DNA of 56,735 bases from an uncultured Dechloromonas sp. (GTDB lineage: Bacteria > Pseudomonadota > Gammaproteobacteria > Burkholderiales > Rhodocyclaceae), in NCBI GenBank assembly GCA_964555315.1, contig CAZKSD010000001.1:1-56735 (forward strand), given 5' to 3'. Position 1 is the stretch's first letter, and every line of letters starts with the position of its first letter. The position numbers and the translations under genes are program-made. Shown in pieces: positions 28,821 to 38,464 of this stretch. The notes beneath the pieces were generated by a model. That model had not been told where the DNA came from. It saw nothing but the letters and a program-made list of their open reading frames with translations, and did no database searches.

Positions 28821-29779
28821 CCAAACCTCCTGCGACCGGCTTGTTCCAGAACTCTCATGGCAGTCTTCCAGACAGGGGATTTCAGTGGTGCCGGCTGCTG
28901 CGCGACCGGATCGGGCGACAAACCCTCGAAGCCGCGCACGTTGAAGCAGTCGCGATTGCGCTCTAGGAAGGCACACAGCTTTCGAAAACGGGAGACGACG
29001 ACATCGTCCGGGCGATCCCTTGCCTGGTTCAGCATTTCGAAAGTGTGGAAAAGGATCATGAACGAACGCCGGCCGGATTCGAGCGCATGCCAAAGCAACC
29101 CCTCCATCTCGCGATGCGAGCAGGCCGTAACCTGGGTATGGCGAAGGGAAGTCGTACCGCCGTCAAATACCGTCATGGGGTACTCGTAAATGCCTTCGCA
29201 CTCGAACGTATCCACCATGACCTGGCCAGGAGCCACGCCACTGTCAAGACCGAAGCGCGTGGCGTTGTAACTGCTGTCGAAACGGATGCCGTTCGCCGCC
29301 AGCGCCCGCAAAGTATCCCGATTGAAGGCAAAACCGCCAGCCCGGAACGCTGTGCATTCGCCGCCGCCCGCCTGCGCAATCAGGCGTTTTCCGGCGGCGA
29401 CGAGGATCTCCTGTTCGCTGCGCGTGTAATAGCAAAGGTGCTGTCGCTTGCGTTCGATGTTTTCCAGCAGGGGTTCGACCGATTCGTCGACCCATTCGGG
29501 GTGCAGATGCAGTTGGATTTCCTGCCCACCTTCGCGTATCAGCCCGACGATTTCTTCCAGCGGCCGGCTGCCGAATCGCGTCGAGAACAAGGGTTCTACG
29601 AAGAAAACCCCTTTCAGCCCGTGTTCGCGGAGTCCCCTCAAAGTATAGGGCAGACCAAAATCGCCGCGTGCCGTCCGACCATAGACACGGCGGCTGAAGG
29701 CGTCCGGGAATTTTTCGTCGAGGTTGTCCCAGCCGCCGCACCAGATTTCGACATCGACGGAGAAGAACACGTCAAGCAT
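28817..29779 (-). CDS. Polysaccharide deacetylase (CE4-like)
   Basis: FSVDVE, GVFFVE, EIQLHLHPEW, FRAGGF, FDSS. Confidence 0.85.
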   Translation of the reverse strand: MLDVFFSVDVEIWCGGWDNLDEKFPDAFSRRVYGRTARGDFGLPYTLRGLREHGLKGVFFVEPLFSTRFGSRPLEEIVGLIREGGQEIQLHLHPEWVDESVEPLLENIERKRQHLCYYTRSEQEILVAAGKRLIAQAGGGECTAFRAGGFAFNRDTLRALAANGIRFDSSYNATRFGLDSGVAPGQVMVDTFECEGIYEYPMTVFDGGTTSLRHTQVTACSHREMEGLLWHALESGRRSFMILFHTFEMLNQARDRPDDVVVSRFRKLCAFLERNRDCFNVRGFEGLSPDPVAQQPAPLKSPVWKTAMRVLEQAGRRRFG

Positions 29780-29812
29780 TCAAAACGGCCCCTTCAACGA
29801 CGTCGACCGCAA

Positions 29813-30388
29813 TCATGCTTCGCGAACGGTGGTGGGAAGAACGTGATTGCTGCGGTGATGGCTCAATTCCTCCACCACTTTCTCCGCAATCGCCAAGCAC
29901 GAAGTCAGCCCGGGCGGTTCAATCCCGAACAGGGTTACCAGCCCGCTCACCCCGTGGGCGTCCGGTCCCTGGATGATGAAGTCACCCTCAGGTTGGGTCG
30001 GACCCGTCACTTTGGGCCTAATCCCGGTATAGCCGGGTTGGAGGGTGCCGTCTGGAAGGTCAGGGTAGTAGCAGCGGATTGCCTTAAAAAATTTCTCCAG
30101 TCCTGCCTCGAACGAATAGTCTGGGAAGATCGGCCAACTGCTGACATCGGGTCCGAACTTGCACTGGCCACCGAGGTCGAGTGTCACGTGAATGCCTAGG
30201 CCGGCATGATCGGGCATCGGATAGTAGAGGCCGTCGTGGATGACTTCCGAGTTGCGCGCGGAGGTTTGCGTGCCGAAGGTTGCCTCTCCTTCGAGAATCA
30301 GCACCTCGCGACCAGACATCGCCAGCGATCTGGCCACCGCCAGACTGACGACTCCAGCCCCTGTTACAATCGTATCAACATTTTTCAA
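29813..30388 (-). pseudogene. L-2-hydroxyglutarate oxidase-like FAD oxidoreductase with large in-frame internal deletion
   Basis: [23 protein letters not shown] is joined directly to [36 protein letters not shown], so the central part of the family is missing. TTG start after GAGGA. Confidence 0.8.
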
Positions 30389-30414
30389 TTGTGATCCTCG
30401 CGGCAGTTCAGAAA

Positions 30415-32643
30415 TCACTTGGGCCGCTTCGTAACGGTACCGTGCAAGCCCGGGTTTTCATAGAGAAGCACCTTTCCGTGCTCCCACCCGATCGAAACAA
30501 TGTCGACATCGCCGTCGCCATCGATGTCTACGGCGATGGCGCCGTCATGATGTTCATCGCCAGTGTACAGAACATGCTCACGCCAACGTCCACCGCGACC
30601 GTCAAGATTTTCGAACAACAGCAAGCGAGCCATGTCCGGGTGTTCCAGGTTATGCTCGCCCACCACAACATCAAGATCGCCATCGCCATCGAAATCGGCG
30701 ACATCCAGGCTCATTGGCCCGATCACGGTTGCGATCGGATGCGCTATCCAGGGCTGAGTTGCGACAGGCCCCTGCTCATACCAGATGACCTCCCCTTTCC
30801 TGCTGATTGCCTCGAAGCCAACGACAGCGTCGAGTTTGCCATCGCGGTTGATGTCCGCCAGCCGATTCCTGTCCGGATTGGTTCGGCTCGGGTCAATGGT
30901 GAAACGGGCCCAACCCTCGGGAGAATTCCGGAGCCAAACGGTTCCCAACAATAGGTCAAGGCGCCCGTCGCCATCAATGTCGCCGCTGCTCAGTGCTTCA
31001 TCTTGCGAGTAAGTCGCGATCTTTTCGATCTTCCACGCATCCTTCATGGGCTCGGGAGGAATGGTCATCAATTCGATGCCCTTCCCACCCACGTGCCATG
31101 AAAGGGCAAGCTGCAACTTCGAGGCGGAGGAGAAGTGTCCCAGCGCGCGTCCCTGAAGAAAGTCACCGGCACCAGCCGGCAGGTCCGTGCGCAACTTGAA
31201 CTTGCCTCGCCCCCGGTTTTCCGCGAATACGAATCGCGAGTCTGCGTTGTTCTCACGCCATCTCGTAAGAACGGCGTCCGTATCTCCATCGCCGTCCAGG
31301 TCGGCCAGCACAACGAGATCATTTGCGGGATATCCAAAGGCGTGTCTTTCCCAGATTCCGTCCGGTCTACCCGGGTTCCTGTACCAGAATCCACCGGCGG
31401 CGATGTCCACCCGCCCATCGCCATCGATATCCCCAGGGACAATGAACACCGCCTTGCCTGGCCGGTTGCTGTCAATAACGTGTCGGCGCCAGCTTGGGCA
31501 GCCCTTTCCGGGTGAGCAAGTCTGGTTTACCCAGAGCAGAACCTGTTGATCGGGGCCGCTCCAGTTGGCACCAAACAGGTCGGGATCGCTATCGCCATCG
31601 ACGTCGACAATTCTCATGTTGTGCGATCCGGTATCGGCAATCGTTCGCTTCGACCACTCCTTGCCCAATCGACCGTTCAGATACACCTCGATCCCCACGG
31701 GTCCGGCACTCTGGTGCATTGTGGCGGTCGCGATGTCGAGCTGACCGTCCCGGTCAAAGTCCGCCAATCCGACAAAATGGCGAGTCGTCTCGACGTTCCC
31801 GGCGACAATGTGCTCGGTCCAGCTATTGCGGGGATTCCGTGGGGCCTCGAACCATGACAGTCGATATTGCCCTCCGGCCGGTTCGGCTGGGGACATCACG
31901 ATGTCGGGTCTGCCATCGCCGTTGATGTCGCCGACATCTATGCAAGCGTCTGGCCATGTCCAGTCAGGGGCGAAACGGTTAAGCTTCCAGCCCTCCGTTG
32001 CCTTGCCGGGATTCCTGAGCCAATGGCCGTTTACGATGATGTCCGTCCAGCCATCCTGATCCAGGTCCGCCTCCTTGAGCCCTTCACCTTTCGGCACCTC
32101 GATGGCCGTGCGTTGCCAGTTTCCGCCGCGATTGCTGTAGAGGTACACAGTGTGGCCGGTGTTCCTGAACGATGTCTGGCCGCGACCGATGATATCGGGG
32201 CGTCCATCGTGATCCAGATCGGCGATCTCGATGTCATGGAGCCCAACATCATCGATCGTCGTCATTTGCCACTTGTCATTCCCCAGATTGCGATACCATA
32301 CCAGGCCTTCGTTCCTCAGGCCGACGACATCCATCCTGCCGTCACCGTCCAGGTCCGCAACCTCAATATCCGTGCCGAATGAGCCCGACGCGTCTATGAC
32401 GTGCTTGTTCCACCTCGGGTTTTCATACCAAACCAACCCTCGCCCACCGTGCCCGCCCACGAGCAGGTCAGGCCTTCCATCGCCGTTGATATCCCCGCTT
32501 GCCTTTCCCCAGGGGTCGGTCGGACCATTCCGGTCTACGATGACCTTGTCAAACAGCAGGGACTCCTGCGCGACCTGACTGTTGCTGCACCCATGCAAGA
32601 ATATGGCCGCTGCGGTCAGTCGAGCAAATGATAAGATACCAAT
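30415..32643 (-). CDS. FG-GAP/VCBS repeat protein (probably two beta-propellers), probable lipoprotein
   Basis: About 14 D.DGDG..D(L/I) repeats followed by W(Y/F)xN. An in-frame signal with lipobox-like LHGC starts at an ATT codon 8 nt after AAGGAG. The ORF track start is TTG 32598. Confidence 0.8.
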   Translation of the reverse strand: MGILSFARLTAAAIFLHGCSNSQVAQESLLFDKVIVDRNGPTDPWGKASGDINGDGRPDLLVGGHGGRGLVWYENPRWNKHVIDASGSFGTDIEVADLDGDGRMDVVGLRNEGLVWYRNLGNDKWQMTTIDDVGLHDIEIADLDHDGRPDIIGRGQTSFRNTGHTVYLYSNRGGNWQRTAIEVPKGEGLKEADLDQDGWTDIIVNGHWLRNPGKATEGWKLNRFAPDWTWPDACIDVGDINGDGRPDIVMSPAEPAGGQYRLSWFEAPRNPRNSWTEHIVAGNVETTRHFVGLADFDRDGQLDIATATMHQSAGPVGIEVYLNGRLGKEWSKRTIADTGSHNMRIVDVDGDSDPDLFGANWSGPDQQVLLWVNQTCSPGKGCPSWRRHVIDSNRPGKAVFIVPGDIDGDGRVDIAAGGFWYRNPGRPDGIWERHAFGYPANDLVVLADLDGDGDTDAVLTRWRENNADSRFVFAENRGRGKFKLRTDLPAGAGDFLQGRALGHFSSASKLQLALSWHVGGKGIELMTIPPEPMKDAWKIEKIATYSQDEALSSGDIDGDGRLDLLLGTVWLRNSPEGWARFTIDPSRTNPDRNRLADINRDGKLDAVVGFEAISRKGEVIWYEQGPVATQPWIAHPIATVIGPMSLDVADFDGDGDLDVVVGEHNLEHPDMARLLLFENLDGRGGRWREHVLYTGDEHHDGAIAVDIDGDGDVDIVSIGWEHGKVLLYENPGLHGTVTKRPK

Positions 32644-33121
32644 GAGAATGACTCCTTGATTTGAGTGCGCCCCGACCGGCTTCGAGCAAAGTCGTTGCAG
32701 CGAATGTGCATATAGACAGTGGTGCCGAAATAAGTCCTCATGTGGCGAAGTCTATCGCATTCATCCTCAGGGAGCGGTGCAAGATTGCGGGATTCCCCAG
32801 GGGCACGAACTGTCGCTTTTCTCTCAATCTGTGAATTCAATCACGGCTGCGTTCGGTGCAGCTTGGCATCATGGGCAGATTCAACAACTATAGGACACAG
32901 CGCGATGCCTCCCGAGGGCAATATCCGGTCCGCGATGCGTCAATGCCTGAACTCGGCAACGACGCAGGGCTTCCATTTGAGCGATGATAGTTCGGCCGGT
33001 TTCGAAGTGGGCGTTAGCCTCGCCGCTGCTGCATGCGCCAAGCGCCTCTTGCCGGGCCCGCACGGATGTTGATGAGTCCGGCAAGCGCTAGGTCTTACCG
33101 TCCGGCCCGGGACGCACAAGC

Positions 33122-34633
33122 ATGAGTGACCAGATCCAACGAAAGATGGCCAGCGGTGCCACGTGGATGGTGTTGTTCAAGCTGATCGAGCGCAGCATTG
33201 GTCTCGTAAGCACGCTGATCCTTGCACGCATCCTGAGCCCGTCCGACTTCGGCGTCATCGCGATGGCTCTGTCATTCATCTTCTTTGCGGAGCAGTTAGC
33301 AGCTTTCGGCTTCGATATCGCCCTGATCCACAATCAGTCCACCACGAGGGAACATTTTGATACGGCCTGGACTGGCAACCTGCTCCTCGGCTTGTCAATC
33401 ACTCTTGTCATGCTGCTGGCGGCCTATCCAATTGCACAGTTCTACAAGCAACCCGAACTGGTGTGGGTGGTATGCGCACTGGCGCTTGGTCCATTGATCA
33501 GCGGCGCCGAGAACATCGGCGTGGTCGCATTTCGCAAGGAACTCAATTTCCGCAAGGAATTTCTTTTTCAACTCAGCCGCAAGGCACTTGGCTTCCTGAT
33601 TGTGGTCCCGATGGCCCTGATCGTTCGCAACTACTGGGCGCTGGTCACCGGAATCCTTTTTTCAAAACTTGCCGCTACCGCAATCAGCTACTTGATGCAT
33701 CCCTATCGCCCACGCTTCGCATTATCGCGTGTGCGCGAACTGATGGTGTATTCCAGGTGGCTGTTGATCAACAACTTGATCGGCTTTTTCAAGGAGCGAA
33801 CTTCTGATTTCTTCATTGGCCGTCTTTTCGGCGCCGGTTCTCTTGGGACATACAACATCGCCTACGAGTTTGCGCACCTCCCGTCAACTGAACTGAGTGC
33901 TCCGATCAATCGCGCTCTGCTACCCGGCTTCGCAAAAATGGCAGATTCCGAAGAGGTATGCCAGGGCTACGCCAACGCACTCTCCATGATGGCGATGCTC
34001 GCGGTTCCGTGCTCGGCAGGGTTGGCAGTACTGGCCCCATATTTTGTTCCCGCAGTCTTGGGTACCAAATGGCTGGCTGCGGTGCCACTGATGCAGGTCC
34101 TCGCGTTCAACGGTGCCGTCCTGATGTTCCATTCGCCTGTGTGTTCCGTGTTGCTGGCAAGAGGCCACCCGCAGATGCCCGTGATCGCCAATGGTTTGTA
34201 CGTGTTGCTCTTGCTGGGCCTGCTTACCGCAGTGGCGCTAGGCGCCCAGCAACTTGGCGTGCTCGGAGCTGCCATGGCGGCCTTGCTCAGTTCCCTGCTG
34301 TGTACGCCTGTTTACCTGTACATGCTTCGGAGCAAGCTGTCGATTTCGCCCATGGTCTTTCTTCGTGCCATTGCCCGTCCGGTGACGGCATCAGCCCTAA
34401 TGACCGTTGTCCTTGTTTGGGTATTGCCTTCTTATGATCGATCCATGTCGGAATTGGTCGTGGCGGGTTGGCTATTGCTCGGGGTGGGGGCGGGAGCAGT
34501 CATCTACGCGTTAGCTCTTGCGGCGTTGTGGGTTCTCGCTAAAATGCCGAGCGGCCCGGAACGGGTGGTGTTCGACCACGCGAGAAAACTTGCCGGTAAC
34601 TCGAAATTGTCTCCTCCCAAGAAGGACATGTAA
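33122..34633 (+). CDS. wzx: Wzx (PST family) polysaccharide flippase
   Basis: LILARILSPSDFG, multiple TMs, IGRLFGAGSLGTY..AY, LG.KW..AVP. Confidence 0.9.
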   Translation: MSDQIQRKMASGATWMVLFKLIERSIGLVSTLILARILSPSDFGVIAMALSFIFFAEQLAAFGFDIALIHNQSTTREHFDTAWTGNLLLGLSITLVMLLAAYPIAQFYKQPELVWVVCALALGPLISGAENIGVVAFRKELNFRKEFLFQLSRKALGFLIVVPMALIVRNYWALVTGILFSKLAATAISYLMHPYRPRFALSRVRELMVYSRWLLINNLIGFFKERTSDFFIGRLFGAGSLGTYNIAYEFAHLPSTELSAPINRALLPGFAKMADSEEVCQGYANALSMMAMLAVPCSAGLAVLAPYFVPAVLGTKWLAAVPLMQVLAFNGAVLMFHSPVCSVLLARGHPQMPVIANGLYVLLLLGLLTAVALGAQQLGVLGAAMAALLSSLLCTPVYLYMLRSKLSISPMVFLRAIARPVTASALMTVVLVWVLPSYDRSMSELVVAGWLLLGVGAGAVIYALALAALWVLAKMPSGPERVVFDHARKLAGNSKLSPPKKDM

Positions 34634-34676
34634 GCAAGGTCGCCGATCCAAAGAAAATTCATCAAGGAGTTGTTTC

Positions 34677-35699
34677 ATGGCAGTTACATCAATGGCGTGG
34701 CCCTATACGTTGGAGCTGCGTGTCGGTGAGTGGGTGGTGGTGCGTTCGTGTGAGGAGATTCTCTCGACGTTGGACGAACGTGGTCGATTTCAGGAACTCC
34801 CATTTCAGCCAGAAATGCTTGCGTTCTGCGGTCAACGCTTGCGCGTGGCCAAGGTTGCGCACAAGACTTGCGACAACATCAAGAAGACCGGTGGCCGGAA
34901 GATGGTCTCAGCTGTTCACCTTGAGGGGGCGCGCTGCGATGGGGCAGCACATGGGGGCTGCATGGCGGACTGTGTATTCTTCTGGAAGGAAGCTTGGGTC
35001 AAACGCCCCGAAGACCCTGACGGCGGGCCTTTGGCGAATCGTTTGATCGATGTACAACGACTTGGGCAATGTGCGGTCGAAGGCGGCGACTTGGCGCAAT
35101 CCGACCCCAAATATGTCTGCCAGACCACAGCGCTATATGAGGCGACTTCACTCCTTCCTTGGTGGGATGTGCGCCAATATGTACGAGACGTTACCAGCGG
35201 CAACCACAGCTTGCCAAATATGCTGCGCATCCTTGCGCTGGCGTGGTACCGTGCTGTCCTGAGATTGGGTGTCGGCCACCGATTCTTTGTTGGTCTCTAC
35301 AAATCGTTGGTTGGCAAGACGTTTCCCAGTGGTACAGGCACTATTCCGGTCGGCAGCCCAACACCAAATGAGGTCCTTAACCTCAGGCCCGGGGAATGGG
35401 TCGAAGTGAAGTCTCAGGACGAGATTCTTGGGACGATCAACGCCGATGGCTTCAATCGCGGCATGCGTTATGACATGGAAATGTCAAAGTATGCAGGGAA
35501 CAGGTATCGTGTACAAATGCGCGTAGATCGACTGATCAATGAGCAGACAGGCAAGATGATGGAGATGAAGAGCCCATGCATCCAGTTGGAGAACGTATAT
35601 TGCCGTGCCGAATGCACATCGATGCGTTTGGGTTGCCCTCGCGCATCCAACACTTACTGGCGCGAAATCTGGTTGCGCCGCGTTGACGGCCCGAATTAG
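34677..35699 (+). CDS. Hypothetical protein with a duplicated Cys-containing domain
   Basis: AAGGAG RBS and ATG 34677. Two copies of L.L..GEWV.V.S..EIL.T....G......EM ending in C..(G)C....W.E.W. Confidence 0.75.
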   Translation: MAVTSMAWPYTLELRVGEWVVVRSCEEILSTLDERGRFQELPFQPEMLAFCGQRLRVAKVAHKTCDNIKKTGGRKMVSAVHLEGARCDGAAHGGCMADCVFFWKEAWVKRPEDPDGGPLANRLIDVQRLGQCAVEGGDLAQSDPKYVCQTTALYEATSLLPWWDVRQYVRDVTSGNHSLPNMLRILALAWYRAVLRLGVGHRFFVGLYKSLVGKTFPSGTGTIPVGSPTPNEVLNLRPGEWVEVKSQDEILGTINADGFNRGMRYDMEMSKYAGNRYRVQMRVDRLINEQTGKMMEMKSPCIQLENVYCRAECTSMRLGCPRASNTYWREIWLRRVDGPN

Positions 35700-35775
35700 A
35701 TGTAGTCAGCGCAGAATCAGATGCCTACCGGGTGCGCAAAGACTGGCTCTTTGCATCGAGCGTAGCGCATCAAAG

Positions 35776-36684
35776 TCATTTTGTTGGTGCTCCACGCAAC
35801 TCGGCCAGTAGGTTCTGCCTGTCCCAGACTGCATACCGAAGAACAAGCCCAAGGGTCTTCAACTTTTCCACAGGGTTGATCGGCGCACGCAAGGCCGCTC
35901 CCAGATAGCCGAGGTGCGTTGAAAGATGGAGGAAGTTGGTGTTATGAGTTTTCCGGGGGTCAAGAAAGACAGCTAGATCGGCAGCACTCAGTTCGTTGGA
36001 AGATGTCTCACGGCCCATTCGACGATAAAGCAACGTTTGTGGTAGCAACATGAAACGGCCCATCAACGCAAGTTCGGCCATAAGGATGATGTCTCCCCCT
36101 GGATAGAGCCGATTAAGCATCGTGCGGCGCAGCGCTTTGGTCCGAATCAGTCCGCCATACGCATTGTTCAGCTTGAGAGATCCGCGTAGCTTCGAAAACC
36201 GTTGGTGCGGACGCTCCTCCATTATCTCGATATTGCCAGCATACATTGTCAGCTTGCCTGTTTCCTGGTCAACTAGACATGTTTGACCATAGCAGAGAAC
36301 GATGTCCGGATCCGCTTCCATCGCCACAAAGCAACGGGTTAGCATGTCTTGGGCGCAATAATCGCTTGCTGATGACCACTTGAAGTACTTGCCACGCGCC
36401 TCATTGGCGACGAAATTCCAATTGCGCATCGCACCGATGTTTACTGCCTGACGGACATAGCGGATGCGTGCATCGCGCATTGCGAATTCTCTGCAGATCT
36501 CTTCTGTCTCATCAGTCGAAGCATTGTCCGAGACAATAAGCTCAATGTCCGAAAAACTTTGCCCCAGAAGAGATTCAAACGCATGTCGAAGAAAACGTGA
36601 ACCGTTGAACACCGGCACCCCAATGCTTATGGTTGGAGGAGGCGAAGAGGGTGTGGCGATGGTCAATTGTTTATCACTTCCCAA
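35776..36684 (-). CDS. GT2-family glycosyltransferase
   Basis: ISIGVPVFNG, SDNASTD, NIGAMRNWN, RGKYFKW. Confidence 0.9.
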   Translation of the reverse strand: MGSDKQLTIATPSSPPPTISIGVPVFNGSRFLRHAFESLLGQSFSDIELIVSDNASTDETEEICREFAMRDARIRYVRQAVNIGAMRNWNFVANEARGKYFKWSSASDYCAQDMLTRCFVAMEADPDIVLCYGQTCLVDQETGKLTMYAGNIEIMEERPHQRFSKLRGSLKLNNAYGGLIRTKALRRTMLNRLYPGGDIILMAELALMGRFMLLPQTLLYRRMGRETSSNELSAADLAVFLDPRKTHNTNFLHLSTHLGYLGAALRAPINPVEKLKTLGLVLRYAVWDRQNLLAELRGAPTK

Positions 36685-36686
36685 TA

Positions 36687-36873
36687 CTTGATTAGCAACA
36701 AACGTCAGCTACGCGAATCGTGCGCCGCGGCCGATGGATTGCGGTGACGGCCGCGATGAGCAGGGCTTGGTGAAGTGTGCGCAGATCGAAGCGGCGATTG
36801 AAGCGATAGCAAAACGCTGCGAGGTAACGGGCAGCGTACTTTTGGAAGTCGAACGCATGGTAGCAACCCGAGA
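36687..36873 (-). mobile_element. IS1595-family transposase 3' remnant with probable terminal sequence
   Basis: The minus strand reads SGCYHAFDFQKYAARYLAAFCYRFNRRFDL...ADVCC*, followed by TAATCAAG. This is not in the ORF track. Confidence 0.8.
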
Positions 36874-36934
36874 GGCTGGTCTTGCATAAGAGTCGGAGGA
36901 TCCTCTAGATCGTTATGGTAGCGGAATCGGTCAC

Positions 36935-37579
36935 CTAAACCAGGAACTTCCTGCAATAGAAAGCCTCCGCCAACCCTGTTGCAGAGTTGCATTCCACCCC
37001 GCGAAGCCTAAGCATCGCGTGGAAAGTTTCGGGACTGAACCATGGTTTCACCGTTTCACTGAGAAAACATTCCATCAGGGTGGCGATCTTCTTGTCAGAG
37101 GCAGCCTGTTTTGCCGGAACGAAGCAATTCGGTGACCCGAGTCCACCATCAAATTTTGGGATTTCGTACTCGAAAATCAGGTGGTCGCGGAATGTATTCC
37201 AAGTCAATTCAGCCAGGATGCGATGATCTTGATGCCGATCCTCAGAATGGTGAGTAAAGATCCAATCGGGTTTGGTCAGGTTCTTCAGCGATTCAAAATA
37301 ATCTTTGATTTGATCCCCAATATAGGGGAAGTAGCCGTTTCTGAAGTTCTGTACGGTGACATTCTTCGAGCGGACGCCGGCAAGGAATATATCGGAACTT
37401 CGCATGGCCTCTTTAGCACGCTCAGGTGTAGAGCTAAAAACGACCCATTCAAAGTGCGCTTCCGGGAACTGTTCTACCAGATACAACACCGTAGCACCAC
37501 ACCCTATTTCAATATCATCGCAATGCGCACCCATTAACAGGATGGACTGCGGCGCAATGGAATGCTTGAGACTCAACAT
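36935..37579 (-). CDS. PIG-L/LmbE family deacetylase
   Basis: GAHCDDIEIGCG, HQDH, YEIPK, AEAF. Confidence 0.92.
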   Translation of the reverse strand: MLSLKHSIAPQSILLMGAHCDDIEIGCGATVLYLVEQFPEAHFEWVVFSSTPERAKEAMRSSDIFLAGVRSKNVTVQNFRNGYFPYIGDQIKDYFESLKNLTKPDWIFTHHSEDRHQDHRILAELTWNTFRDHLIFEYEIPKFDGGLGSPNCFVPAKQAASDKKIATLMECFLSETVKPWFSPETFHAMLRLRGVECNSATGLAEAFYCRKFLV

Positions 37580-37635
37580 GCTTGATCCTTGACGTCAGGC
37601 CCAATCTTGACTTGAGCCGAAAAACTGACTGGCTA

Positions 37636-38418
37636 CTAGCTTTTTTGCTGCCATACTTGCCACGGTCGATTACCGGCTTCATGCCAGTCATCAAACTGCT
37701 TCTTGTCCTTAAAGGTATCCATGGATGCCCAAAATCCCTTGTATTTGGTGCCAAGTAGTTTGCCTTCCTTGATTAGGCGCTGGAATGGAGCTTCCACCAA
37801 CTCATCACTTGGCTCCATATAGGAAAATATATCTTGGCGCAGAATAAAAAAGCCGCCATTGATCCAGATTTGCGAAGACGTTACGTTCTCAATACTAGAA
37901 ACTCGAGAATCATTGTCCGTAATGACTGCGTGAAAACTCTGAGAAGGGCGTACAGCGATAAAGCTGGCAACAGCATTGGTGCTCAGAAAATAATCAACAT
38001 GTGAATTGATCGGATAGTCTGAAAGCCCGTCGCTATAGTTGGCAAGAAAAACTTCCTCGCCTTCGAGATACTTTTCCACCGCTTTAAGACGTTGACCAAT
38101 GTTTGATTTTAATCCGGTATCGACAAATGTGATGCGCCAGTCGGAGATATCATGGTTGAACAGCTCGACCTTGCGTCCGCCTTCCGAGAGTACAAAATCA
38201 TTCGATGCACACTCGTCGTATTTCAGAAAATACTCCTTGATGAGGTCGCCACGGTATCCCAGACACAGAATAAAGTCCTTATGGCCAAAATGCGCGTAGT
38301 ACTTCATCAAATGCCAGATAATCGGACGCTCGCCAATATTGACCAAGGGCTTTGGTATCGTTTCAGAATATTCACGCAGGCGCGTGCCGTATCCACCACA
38401 AAATATGACGACTTTCAT
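37636..38418 (-). CDS. rfbF: Glucose-1-phosphate cytidylyltransferase
   Basis: GGYGTRLRE....PKPLV.IG, FILCLGY, WINGGFF, GFWASMDT.KD. Confidence 0.88.
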   Translation of the reverse strand: MKVVIFCGGYGTRLREYSETIPKPLVNIGERPIIWHLMKYYAHFGHKDFILCLGYRGDLIKEYFLKYDECASNDFVLSEGGRKVELFNHDISDWRITFVDTGLKSNIGQRLKAVEKYLEGEEVFLANYSDGLSDYPINSHVDYFLSTNAVASFIAVRPSQSFHAVITDNDSRVSSIENVTSSQIWINGGFFILRQDIFSYMEPSDELVEAPFQRLIKEGKLLGTKYKGFWASMDTFKDKKQFDDWHEAGNRPWQVWQQKS

Positions 38419-38464
38419 CGTAAGTTTCCTTTTGGATTAAGCATTCGTTTTGTGACGCAGACGC

